DNA of 64,000 nucleotides, from NCBI GenBank assembly GCA_030704615.1, contig CM060733.1, positions 34,720,001 through 34,784,000 on the forward strand, read 5' to 3'. Each line of letters opens with the position of its first letter. The stretch's first letter is position 1. Positions 13,838 through 25,612 of the stretch are shown piece by piece. This DNA is from Takakia lepidozioides. Taxonomy: Eukaryota > Plantae > Bryophyta. The notes beneath the pieces are model-generated. The model was not told the origin of the DNA, did no database searches, and was given only the letters and a program-made list of their open reading frames with translations. A program made the translations under genes and the position numbers.

Positions 13838-13951
13838 GGGAGGGCCTCGAGCAGAGGGCCCTCCACTAATTTTCTGCCCAAGGGCGGTAGCCCCAGGCGC
13901 CAGGGCAGAAGCAGAAAATTAGTGGAGGGCCCGACACGAGAGGCCCTCCCC
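13838..13951. repeat. Foldback/hairpin inverted repeat
   Basis: GGGAGGGCCTC..GGGCCCTCCACTAATTTTCTGC pairs with GCAGAAAATTAGTGGAGGGCCC..GAGGCCCTCCC. Confidence 0.7.
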
Positions 13952-14392
13952 AGCGTAAAGAACTGGGCACATTTCTTTTTCTTTTTGTAAAAGATGAGCA
14001 GCAGTGCATTACATCGGCCGTAATGTACACTGTCATTTCCAGAGAATGTACAGCCCCTAACAAACGGGAGAATCCACTACATAGGCGCCCCCTAAATACA
14101 CTAGGGGAAATGTGGCCCAGTTATTTACGCGCCCTAGCGGGGCTGCCTGCGTGGCCCGCCCTTCCCCTCCCCCTCACCCCCCGTGGCGGCTCCTGCGTTG
14201 GTCGCGACCAGTCGCTCCCCATTCGCCCGCCCGTCCGCCTCCGCTTCAAACCCGTTGTACATTAATCATGTCACACAGCCATATATCATGCATGTTCAAC
14301 ATGTTCTATGTAACACAGCCATCCATCATCACCAAGATATGACACCTCGACATAGATGCATGGATCGTCACACATAAATTCAAATTTCAACT

Positions 14393-15130
14393 TCAAAATA
14401 AATATTTTAATCGACTGCGGCGGATGATTTCTGTCATGTTTACTTCCGTACGGGCAATTGGCCAATTGGCACGCTGATTAACCTGCATGGCAGCGAGTTG
14501 AGTAGCTACCGACTCACTAAGACTACCCACAGTATTAGTCAACCCTTGGAGGGTGAATTCACCTGGTTTGCATTGCATAGCAGCAGGAACATATGGAGGA
14601 GATGTTGCATTCATGCCAAGCTCTAAGCCCACGAGAGCTTGAAACTTGGCCTGGGGCCGCTGGATTGATTTGCTGAAGTTTGCCATTTTTAAGCTAATCT
14701 CTGCTAGCATGGTCTTATCATTTACAAAATAGCGGCGTTGAGCCCAAGCCTAGATAGCAGGAGGTAAGCCAAGAAAAAGAACACTCTAACCATGCGATCT
14801 CTCTCAGGTACATCAGTAATATTTTCTGCTGCAGCAGATTTCAGGTCAAGGTACTACTGCCATAGCGACTCACCTGGCTTATAGGTGCGCGAGGAGAATT
14901 TGGTGAAGCAGTCCAATGGACGCTCCGTGGGTTTGAACAAGGTCCAGGCCCACTCAACTACAGATGCCCAACTAAGTTGAGGATCATCCATAACAGCTGC
15001 ATACAATAGATTCCTAGCAGCCCCCTTCATGCTCATCCTAAATATAGCGACTTTAAAATTTTGAAGGACTCCATTAACTGCAGCAATATCTCAAACATTT
15101 GTAAATACTGATCAAGTCTTCCCCCATAGT
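14393..15130 (-). mobile_element. Degenerate retrotransposon gag-like fragment
   Basis: MKGAARN...LSW...F...YKPGESLWQ resembles retrotransposon capsid; many stops. Confidence 0.45.
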
Positions 15131-15499
15131 ATACTTTGGATGGGAAATGCTTGCGCGTGAGCCTGGCCGCGTGGAGTGCGTGAGCCTAGCCAGGCTCACG
15201 CCACGTCAGCAAGGTTTCCCACGTGTAGGACCTAATTCCGTGGATGCCACCTATTTCCGCGGAATTGTAGGCGACTACCACGCCCCAGATTTGCCAACTT
15301 TATTTTCCAAGAAGTCTCCTCCCTCATCCAAATCTTGGTTGGATGAGAAATCACGGGTGGTTTGTGGATGGTTTTTGTCCACGGGCACAAGATATTGCAG
15401 AGAGTACAATGTCTCGTTACGTAATGAACACGAAGGAGAATGAGTTTGTTCTATCAAAGTTCCTCCCCCCCAATTCACATCCACCTTTCATTGATAGAT

Positions 15500-16150
15500 G
15501 TTCTCTAGACAAACACCAGGAAATTCCTAAAGCGACTTTGCGGTTTATGAAAAAACATGGTGCAAAACAGGTTGGCAAATGTACAGCCATTGGGATTGAT
15601 AAGAGGAGTTAAGATACAGATTCAAAAGATGATCTTTATGATCACAGTAACTGTATTGAAAATGGATGAAGTCATGGAAGCTTACTCCTTATTGTTGGGA
15701 CGTCCGTGGCTGAAACAGGCCAGGGTATTCCATGACTGGAATTCCCAGTTACTAACTGTGCATGATGGGATGCACAAGATACAAATTACCACTAAGAAAT
15801 CTAGTATATTACCTGCTACGAGAAGACCTCGAGGGGTCAGGGAGTATGACTGGAGGGGAGGACTTGATGAGGAGCAGGAAGCTACCCTGTTCGCTGCACA
15901 CCCAGAGTGGGAGCAGGTTGCAGAGATGCAGCTAGAAGGCCTAAGTTGTTTAAAAGGTATCTGCTGTGGTGTAGTGACAGCAACATCAATTGAAGGTGAA
16001 ACAAGCAGTTACCCACCACATTTCTATGAAGAAAGAGAGGGAGAAATGGAAATCCTAGAGGAACAGCCACTGTGAGTTTTAGGATGAAGTGGTGACTGGT
16101 TGGACAATCACAGCTGATGAGCAGGTGAGAGAAGTGAATGTGGGAACTGA
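15500..16150 (+). mobile_element. Gypsy aspartic protease C-terminal half and linker, inverted relative to the neighbouring element
   Basis: RLANVQPLGLIRGVKIQI...YSLLLGRPWLKQARVFHDW. Confidence 0.75.
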
Positions 16151-19100
16151 TGATATTCACTCCAGAGCCTCCATCTATCAGTATATCAGTTAGTTCTGTG
16201 CTTCCAATTCTCAACTGGATTACTGACATAGAATCATCAAAGTCCATGACTGTTTATCGCCCTTCCGGCTTCACATTATAACTGGTCACCTTGCTGTTCA
16301 GGTCTGTGTTCCATGTCACATGGGCAATTCGATTGATTGCTTGATACAGCCTGTGTCTACAATAAGGTGCCACAGCTAATAGCTGTCCAATGGTAATCTC
16401 CGCTTTGGACTGGCATATTACTTCAGCCAAAGTCCCTGCATTACCTCTGCATGTCTGCAGCTTCTTTCTTCCCTTCATCCTCACTCACTTCCTCTCTTTC
16501 AGAATCAGAGGAATCTGCCATAGGAATATCAGTACTCTTCTGCATTTCCCTTATGGTATCTGCCACTTCCTTGTGCAGTTCCTTCTCATCTCTCTAAGCC
16601 TCATCATCTTCAGGCACATCACTGCCATCTTCATTATCATCATCTTCCTCATCTACTGGAGGTATTAGTTTGGCTTTGCTTCTCGTTACTATCATTATAC
16701 TTACTTCTGATACAACACATGGCCTAACCATATGAGCTGCCATCACTGGCCCCTCATTCACAGGAGCTCTCATCTCATTCTGGTGTCTGATCCAGAATGG
16801 ACAAGCTGCCTTGCGATGGCCTGCCTGATTACAATAGTAACACAGTTCTTCCCATTAGGTCCTCGCCCTTGGTCTGTTCTGGATTGTTTCTGTAATCCTG
16901 ATTCCCTGGCTGGTAATTCCCCCTTGGATTACCCTGATAGTTGCCTCTGGAATTTCCTTGGTAATTCCCTCTTGGATTACCTCTCCCTTCCATGCCATTG
17001 TTATAACCACCAGGCCTACCATAGTGGTCCTGATCACTGTTTCTTCTTGGCTGGGGCTGCACTTGATGCACCCTTACTTGCCTAGGTTCTCTAGCTGATG
17101 TCATTCTGTTGTAGTAACAATTCTCAGTAGAATGGTTATCCATTTTACAGATAGTACAGTGTTTCTCCTTCATGTGGCATTCAGTGGTGGTATGGCCTTC
17201 ATTCTGGCACTTTGCACACCAAACACCCTTCCTCCAATGTGTTGCAGCCTCTGTGGCATACTTCTTCAAGATTTCTTCTAATCTTTTCTCATAGTTATCC
17301 CTCTTCAACTTCTCCTTCCTCTTACTCTTCCTTTTCAGCTCTTGCTCTTCTTCCTCATCTGACTCATCCTCAGAGTCCTCATCATCCCTTTTCTCTCTCC
17401 TGAGCATTCCCAATTGCTCAATTATGTTCGCTGTTTCAAATGCCGCCTCCACTGTATTATGGGGTAACATATCCACTTTCTTTTGCAACTCTGGTCTTAG
17501 TCCACTCACAAACCAAGTCTTCTGTAAACCTGGTGCTGGTACAGCAGCCAGCTTTTTCATCATCAATTCCATCTTTTCCATATACTCCTCAACAGTTTCA
17601 TGCTTCTTTTGCTTTAACTGTTGTAAACTTCCATACACTTCATCCTCAGTTTTACTTGTCCTAAACCTATTTCGGAATGTTGTATTCAAGTCCATTCCAG
17701 GTTAGGAAATGATTATCAGGGAATCTTGCATACCATTCACTTGCTTTCTTGATAAGTGAACAAGGAAACAGTCTCATCTTGGCATCATCGCCATTCTCAT
17801 TGTTCACAATACACATGTGCTCAAATTGACTAATGTGTACATCAAGATTCCATTTTCCTGAATATATTGGAAAAGGTGGTTTTGCCCGTGTTGGTTGTAA
17901 CGCCATCTGTGGCCCTACCTTCTGCCCACTGACAATGCTGGCCCCCTTGCTGGTGCTGGTCCTTGAGGACCTGTTGTAGTTGTGGTGGAACTTCCACCAA
18001 GTGGTGGCCCCTGAGCACTCCCTGCTACTGGCCCCACTATATTCACAGTATTCCCAGCTCCAGTTGCACTACTTCCCACACTCCCTGTCCCCCCAGAGCC
18101 AGATCCAGGCTGCCCGCCTGATCCCCTGAGCCGACACTTCGTTGGCCTGTGATCCAAGTGCTCTACTTGATCCAGGTCCAATGGGTTGGGATGTCCTGGT
18201 TGTAGTCTCAACCTCAGCTGTTGGGTCTACTTCTTCATACTCTTCCTCTTCCAATTTCTTCTCTCTGTTTTCATCCTCCAAGTCTGCCCTTGGGTTTCTT
18301 CTTCACTCATGTAACTCAACTGCAATGGTGTTGGAGAGTCTGAACTCTCCGTTGGCTCTGCCACATCCTCTCCTCCTTCTTCATCTTCCGTCTCAGAAAC
18401 TGGAGTTCCTGCTTTTGGTGTTCCATGCCAACTCTTATCAAAGATTTCTGTCAAATCTTTTATCCAGGGATGTACCTCAGATCTTTCACCTCGTGGTTGA
18501 TCTTCTTCCAGTACCAATTCCTTAATCTTTCTTGCAAAGAAAAGAAGGAGTGGCATCCAACTCTAGTTCTTCCGGTATGGATGATGTACTCTCTGATCTT
18601 AATGGTGTGAGAGGTCCAGATGATTCCCCTATGTCTATTCCTCTCTCCCAAAGATATGGATAATTAGCTTTCAGATAACTTTCTCTTTTTGCTGAATATC
18701 TCTGGAGTCTAGCTTCTCTTTCATCACTCATGTCCCATGTCTTTCATTTATTTAATGTGGCAATAACCAAAACTCTCTTCTGTAGTATCTCTCGTATATG
18801 CCTGGGTTTCTTTCAAGCTTCAATGCACCCTTGGCTATACTAGAAGTCTCCGTTACCATATAACCATATGGCAAACAAGTCTGGAAAGCTGTTCTTGGTG
18901 TGAGTTTGATCCACAGAATATCCTTTGGAATCCAATTCTTTACTAGTACAAGCTCTTCATGCATATGAGTATAAACATTCACCTTCCTTTCCTCCCAGCC
19001 TTCAAACTCTACTCGCTTAATGGATAGCAATGCTATCACATAAACAGTGTTGGTAACCAACGTGTTCTTCCTCTACAGGCCACCTGATAATTCTTTATCA

Positions 19101-20219
19101 CTCCTTTCTCCAAACCCCACTCAGGGTCAGCATCAATGCACTCTCTTAAGAATTTTTTCTTTAGACAACCATCTGGCAATTCCAAGAACCTCTGAAAGAA
19201 TTGTTTTGGACAATCTTCCTTCTCAGTTTCACAGGGAATGTGATTCACATCAAATTCTTTAATTCACATCAAATTCTTTAATTCTCCAACCACCATGATC
19301 CCACCAGATGTCTGTCACATCTGGTTGTTCATGACCCAGGTCCCCAGTATGGTCGCCAAATGTCGAACGGCTTTTACTCACCCATCCCTTCGCTATCCGA
19401 GGTGGAAACTCCAAGATAGAAGAGTTGGATATCTCTAAGCACTCAGCCCGCTCAGTACTATCAGTCATGACCTGCAGCTAGTGAATCATGGTTGTGCTTC
19501 CCATTTGTATTCCTTCTTGCCTTCATGTTATCAATTTACCTTATCTGATACTGAAGCATCAGATTGCTTCAGTATCTACTTAGTTCCAGTTAATCATGCA
19601 TTCATTTCACAGCTTCACTCATGTCTCTCTACACAGTGTGATTGTATCGAATAAGTATCAGATTATGATATATCAGGTATCAGGCCAATGCCATGGTGAC
19701 ACTAATCCGCCCTACAGTATCACTACAGCTCTGCATGTAATAAGCATCTACTGTTCATCTTTCCTCCTTCTCTGTGCTCTCGTTCTTGCTCTCCGCCTGA
19801 TCTCCTCTTCCCATGACCCAAAAGCGCTCCTCGTGAAGTGATCATCTTTCCGTTATCGCTCTCCTTATCTGCCCGCAAGCTGTTCTAACCACCTAACTAA
19901 CTAAATGTCATCCCTGAAGTAACACGTTCCCTCTGCAGATGTCGTTCCCTCACAGTCGTTCCCTCACAGTCGTTCCATGTCAATGATAACTGTTCCCCAT
20001 GTACTGTGACAGGCTGTGTCAAGCTGTGCCGAGCTGTGATTGGCTGTGTAAGGTTGTGTCGGGCTGTGACTGGCTGTATCGGGCTGTGTCGGGCTGTATA
20101 CCCCCCTTAAAGCCTACTGTTGCCACCCCTAAGGCTCCTGTTGGTCTCAGTCTGCGCAAAAATTAAGGGTACCCAACAGAACCCGTAAAAGCGTCCAAGT
20201 CCCAAGCAGCCCTCTAACA
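16140..20219 (-). mobile_element. 5' half of non-chromovirus Gypsy (Tat/Ogre-like): LTR, PBS, extra ORF, gag, protease N-half
   Basis: LTR 20219-19361 (TGTTAG...TCGACA, with internal GGCTGTGTC tandem repeats); PBS TGGCGACCATACTGGGGA 19358-19341; gag 17906-16829 with LKQKKHETVEEY and two CCHC knuckles (CAKCQNEGHTTTEC, CTICKMDNHSTENC); protease ILIDGGSGVNII. Confidence 0.85.
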
Positions 20220-21890
20220 TCTTGCCCCAATCAGTACAGTGCGAAGAGGTAGCATGATTTTACAGCACCGAGAGAAGACCCATGGACTTCCTCCGGTTTA
20301 TCTTCAAACCAGACCCTAAGCAAAAAATGTGCAAGGCCTAAAGAGCATGGTCTATATTTTTTCGGGATAAATTGTCCAGCAGTAAAGAGGTATCATCAGC
20401 GTACATGGACAGTTTAACCATTTCCGGTGAGAAGGTAGGTAAATGAAGACCAACGATATCCTGCCTAGCTCAAAGAGGTGTCTTAGAGAATGATTCTGCT
20501 GCAATGAGAAAGAGGAAGGGAGCTAAGGGGCATCCCTGTCTGACCGACCTTGAGATAGGGAAAGACTAGGAGATGACACCATTGACCATAACCTTGCTAT
20601 AGGCCGACCGAAGAAGGATCCCAACCCAAGACAAGAAGTGGCCATTCATGCCAGTCTTTTCCAGCGCAGCTAGGAGGAAAGTCCAATCTATTGAGTCAAA
20701 AGCCTTTTCAAAGTCCAGCATTAAGAAAGCAAGGGATTGGTTGTTCAAGGTAGCTCGGTGAAGTGCTTCGTGGGCAAGCAAAATGTTATCCAAAATCATG
20801 CGATCTTTAAGGAAGCCAGTTTGTTCTTTCCTAATGATTTTTGGAAGTAGGGGTTGGATTCTGAGAGCAAGCGCTTGGCGATAATTTTCTAAGTAGTAAT
20901 TGAGCAGGGTGATGGCCGGTAGTTAGCTATATTATCTCTCTCCCTTTCTTTGTAGATCAGAGTGATGAGACCTTCTGAAAATCTGAGAAGGCATCAACTA
21001 TTTGTGGAGAATGTCGTTGGCCATATAGAGGAAATCGTCACCCAGGGTAGACCACATAACTTTGAACAGCTCTACAGGCAGACCGTCCGGACCAGGGCTT
21101 TAAAGGGAGGGCAGGGCCTCCACAGCTTTCCCAAGTTCAGACTCAGTAAACGGTTCTACCAGTTTGACTTTATCCTCCTCCGAAAGGGAACATGGGATGT
21201 TTATGAGGAGAGCCCTCCTAGCCTCCACTACCTTAGAAGTGTGATCTCTTTTCTGAAAAAGCTGTCTGAAGAAGTCAGCAGCAATGTTGGCCATCTTCTT
21301 TGGGACAACACTTTGGATACCAAAGACATCAGACAGAGAGGGTATCAAAGTAGATGCACGACGTTGGGTAGCTTTGACAAAAAAAAATTAGACATCTTCT
21401 CCCCTTTAAGCGACCAATTGACCCCTGCCTTGGTCCTCATAAACTGCTCCTCGGAATGTGACAGTAACGAGCGGTTCTTCTTAGCAATTTTGTAAGAGAT
21501 CTAGGTTTGGGGGTCATCCTTTCTACCTTGGATCTGCAGCTGACATACATGAAGGCATTTAGTCAACGCTTTCTCTTTTCTAGAGTGCTCAGAGCAGTAG
21601 AACCTATCCAAACGAGCTAGCTAGGGAGATGTTTGGAGCATGTAAATTTCAGCTCTCCTACATTGGGGGGGTAGCATCCAACATACCAACCACCAAGCAA
21701 AGCGAATCCCATGCATCTCTTTCAACAGCAGAAAGACCATGGACGTTTGAGCCAAAGCGTCATTGTCACACTCCACCATATTAAAATCCCCTCCCAATAT
21801 CCAATGTTGAATGTCCATACGCTGCATCATTCTCAACCTTACAGTAGACCAAATATCAATATGTTCGACTTCATTGTTAGGGGCATAACC
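20220..21890 (-). mobile_element. L1-type LINE ORF2 fragment (endonuclease end plus RT), interrupted by the Gypsy LTR
   Basis: WILGGDFNMV; LDNILLAHE..LDFEKAFDSIDW; RSVRQGCPLAPFLF; YADD at ~20395. Confidence 0.9.
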
Positions 21891-22831
21891 CTATTTTAAC
21901 TAATTCTGGACTTTTGGCTTAAATCCGGACCAAACTTAATATATATTTGAATTAAAATTAATTCAAATGTTAATAATATAGGTCATCTTCATCAAGTTAT
22001 TTTAATATTTTACTGCCCTTCTCACACCCAAAACATTATTTCAATGGCATCGTCTCTTAATATTGTGCTTGTCAACATGAAGATTCAATGAAAAATTACT
22101 ATCAAGTTGTATCGAGTATGTAGAGTAGGAGTCTACCCCATGTTCGATTCGACACATTTATTTATCGTGATTACATAATGTAATATTACATCATTCGATT
22201 TCCCAATGGACGTTCAATGAATTGTTCAGTATTGCAACTTCACAAGCACTTCAATGTCAAATGGACATCTTATATGTCACATTTTGAAGCAAGTATAACA
22301 TCACCTGTAATTTACAAAGTTCAATCACACAGAGGGAGTGCACTTGTCTCTCCCCCCTACTGCGCCAAGATGCTAGCTTCGTTGAGAAGCGGCGGGGTTG
22401 CATGGAGCATCTGCATGCAAGACACGTCGTCCCTGAACGGTCCAGAGTCGCGCTAAAATAAGGTTGTTTCAAAACAGACGTACGCGCCTAGGGGAATTTT
22501 TGGTTGTCGCTTCAGTGGTGGTGTCTTCTCCACGTCCTCTGCTCATACAATTTCATCCTAGTTGCTTTTCATCTTCAGTTATGACACATCACATCTTAAG
22601 ATAGAATGAACGGGTGGCTAAACGGCTGGTGTCTGTAAAAAACCGTTGGATACAGGCAGTTAATGATTACATATGATACCTTGTCAGATGGGTAATGTGG
22701 ATGGATGAGGATAGATGGCCTAGTGCAAAGTGGAATGAAACTGCTCATCCAGGAGCCGTGCATCGGCAGTGACGTTCCTGTATGGGCGCTTCGATCATGT
22801 TGTTTGATGCTATCCCCAGACGTACGGCTCG

Positions 22832-24920
22832 TTGCTCCAGTGCTGGCACACTTTGTTGGACACTGTTCCCGTACTCTTCTCTGCTTTACGAATGGTTCTC
22901 ACAGGAGAGTTGGTAAAATTCTACTGTGCTTACAAATCGCTCCCCCTCACCAAAGTGCCAGATGCCAATGGGATGGCAACCATGGGAGAGGATGTCCTCT
23001 GTAGAAGCTTGGATCTGCAAGTTGGAACTGTGCATGTGGAGAAAGAAGTGCACGACTCCGCCAGTAGGGTCGACAATATGATGATTCTGGAGCCATTCGT
23101 GTGCGATGACCGTATTAGACAATGGAGAGTTCCAACAGGCACTTACCGCATGCACGGGGATCAACGATATTCATCTGCAGGTTCTACACTCACACCAGGA
23201 ACTGCCACTTCGGTGGCTCCGGCCTTCACACCTGCTACAATTAAGAAAGAGGACACCAGCACATCGACGGTTTTTGTCGTCCTCTCGGAAAGCTCGGGTG
23301 ACGACGACATCTCTGAGATTCCACCACCTCCAACACACCTATTTTTTGTCGAAGAACCAGATGTGCAGGAGATAGGCAGTGTCGTTCCAAAGTTGCAGTC
23401 TATGAAAGGCTTGCCAAACTGCAGAAATGACGTGCGTGGAATTGCATGGGGGACAATAAATATTATAAGAGCAAAATACCTTCCCGCAGAATTTGATGGA
23501 GATGTGGTTTTTGAGCTGCCACCTCTGACGTCTTGTGGAGGTTTGCGGGGACTCATGCAAGGGATGGACAAGAAGCACGACGGACACCCTTGGTGTCGAA
23601 CTAAGACAACCAACATACATAACCCTCATGGCTTGTCTTTCCGTAGATCAGTCTGCGTTGGGCACCTACGTTGTGGAAATGAAGCCTGCAACTGCCTGAC
23701 ATTGAGAGGCTCTCCAAACGAGACAGAGTGGGAGGGTTGCACGGATAACCCATTCGAGGTTGGGTGCCCACCTCCTAAAAACACGACGTTGCCTGCAAAT
23801 ATTGCAAAAATACGGCTCCAACATGCATTGGCGCATGCAAGGCCCGCATGTACTATGTGCTCCATCGTTTTCGCGGCCTTACCCAAGCTTGTGTTCATCT
23901 CGGCAATCATACCCACCCCGTATCGAAAGGGGATTGTCAAGAAAGTCTTGAAACAATTCGGGGACTTCTACGGCACGAGGTGGAGGAATGCTCCTTATGC
24001 ACCGCCATCTGCAATTGCACTTTCTGCAAGCAAGAGCTTCTTGCAAAAACACATTCTAGGAGGATCGGAAGAGAACATAGAGAAATTGGACAGCGAAAAA
24101 CTGGACGTCGTTATAGACTATTTCTCGACCCTTAGTTCACCAAATATACGCAACCAGATCAACGCACTCAGAATGGGAACAGGGAGCACAGGTTATGTGG
24201 ATAACATCCTAGAATTGAAGCAGAAAAGCATGTACGACTTCATTCAAGACAATGTTTTTCCTAGTGAGGGGTCGTTGTTCTTATTCAAGATGTCCACAGT
24301 TGCGGAAGGAAGTGGAATTAGCTTGGTCCGCAGAATGCAGCCCGGTGGCGATCTCCAGAAATCCTGACTCATGTTTGATTATGTGAAACGTGTGAAGGGT
24401 CGGATAACCATGGCTGCCCATGTGTACGATCCTTCTTACCAAAGAGTTATGACAATTGTAGTGTGTAACATGCAATCCAAAGACACTGAGTCTCAAATCC
24501 TGATGTGGAAGTCCCTTGTGAAAGTCATGAGAAATCATGGTGTGTCAGATCCAAACTTTCATGGACTTATGGCCGATAGCGCGCGGGCAAATTGGAATGC
24601 AGTCCGGTCTGTTTTTGGAAGTGGTGATCCGAAAATACCCATAATGGGCAGGGAGCGCACTTGCCTGTTCCATTGGACTTAGTCCCTCCGAAGGCACACC
24701 AAGAATTGCATAAAATCAGAGTTGCAGGAGGAACACATGAGACTCTACCGGCTGTATAAAGATGTGACAAGCAAGATCGAAGCAAACTCCTTATACCAAA
24801 CTATAAGGGCATGGTGGTACTCCTCCGATGCAGCAAGTCAGGATGGCCTCAAAGAACTTGACGACTGGATGGGATTCTGACACTTCAGATACAAACAGTG
24901 GGGAGGGTTCATGACAAGAG
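22832..24920 (+). mobile_element. Mutator-like (MULE) transposase with WRKY/GCM1-like zinc finger, disrupted
   Basis: GHLRCGNEAC...CKARMYY..HLGNHTHP zinc-binding region; MFD...MADSARANWNAVRSVF...RTCLFHW (DD..CxxH MULE signature); frameshifts and stops. Confidence 0.7.
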
Positions 24921-25180
24921 TAAGGTCCCTTCTAAATTTCCGATGTTTGCATGAGTTCAATTTGAAATGAACCTTGTGTTAACACGAGGTTGATTTCAAG
25001 TTCCGAGAATGTTTATTTGAATGTTACTTGATGTGTTCGCAAGTGAACAAATGAGTTTGAGGAACGAATGCAACAAATGGTAGATGCATGCACAATACGA
25101 TTGATGATGTGACATACACCGATAGACATACGACTTCATTTTTAAAAAAAAAATTATTATTATTATTATTTTAAAATCCC

Positions 25181-25612
25181 TGGGGGTGATGCAAATCAAC
25201 CTTGCGTTGACGCAACCTTGATTTGAGAAATGAAAGCATCCCTATATATATATATATTTCCTCCCCTGGGGGTGATGCAAATCAACCTTGCGTTGACGCA
25301 ACCTTAATTTGAGAAATGAAAGCATCATATATATATATATATATATTTCTCCATGGGGGGTGATGCAAATCAACCTTGCGTTGACGCAACATTGATTTGA
25401 GAAATGAAAACATCATTTTTTGAAGTTTGTTTTTTTTTGTTTTTTGTTTTGTTTTTTTTTCCGTCGGGGATGATGCAAATCAACCTTGCGTTGACGCAAC
25501 ATTAATTTGAGAAATGAAAGCATCAATTTTTGAATTTGTTTTTTTTTTCTCCCTGGGGGGTGATACAAATCAACCTTGGGTTGACACAACCTTGATTTGA
25601 GAAATGAAACGA
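25181..25612. repeat. Array of five ~60-bp palindromic repeats with variable low-complexity spacers
   Basis: Unit GGGGTGATGCAAATCAACCTTGCGTTGACGCAACCTTGATTTGAGAAATGAAAGCATC at ~25181, 25268, 25354, 25467, 25554. Confidence 0.9.

Noticed and set aside
25181-25612. CRISPR array
   Set aside because: Eukaryotic context, no cas genes, ~60-bp repeats, and spacers are microsatellite or poly-T rather than unique sequence
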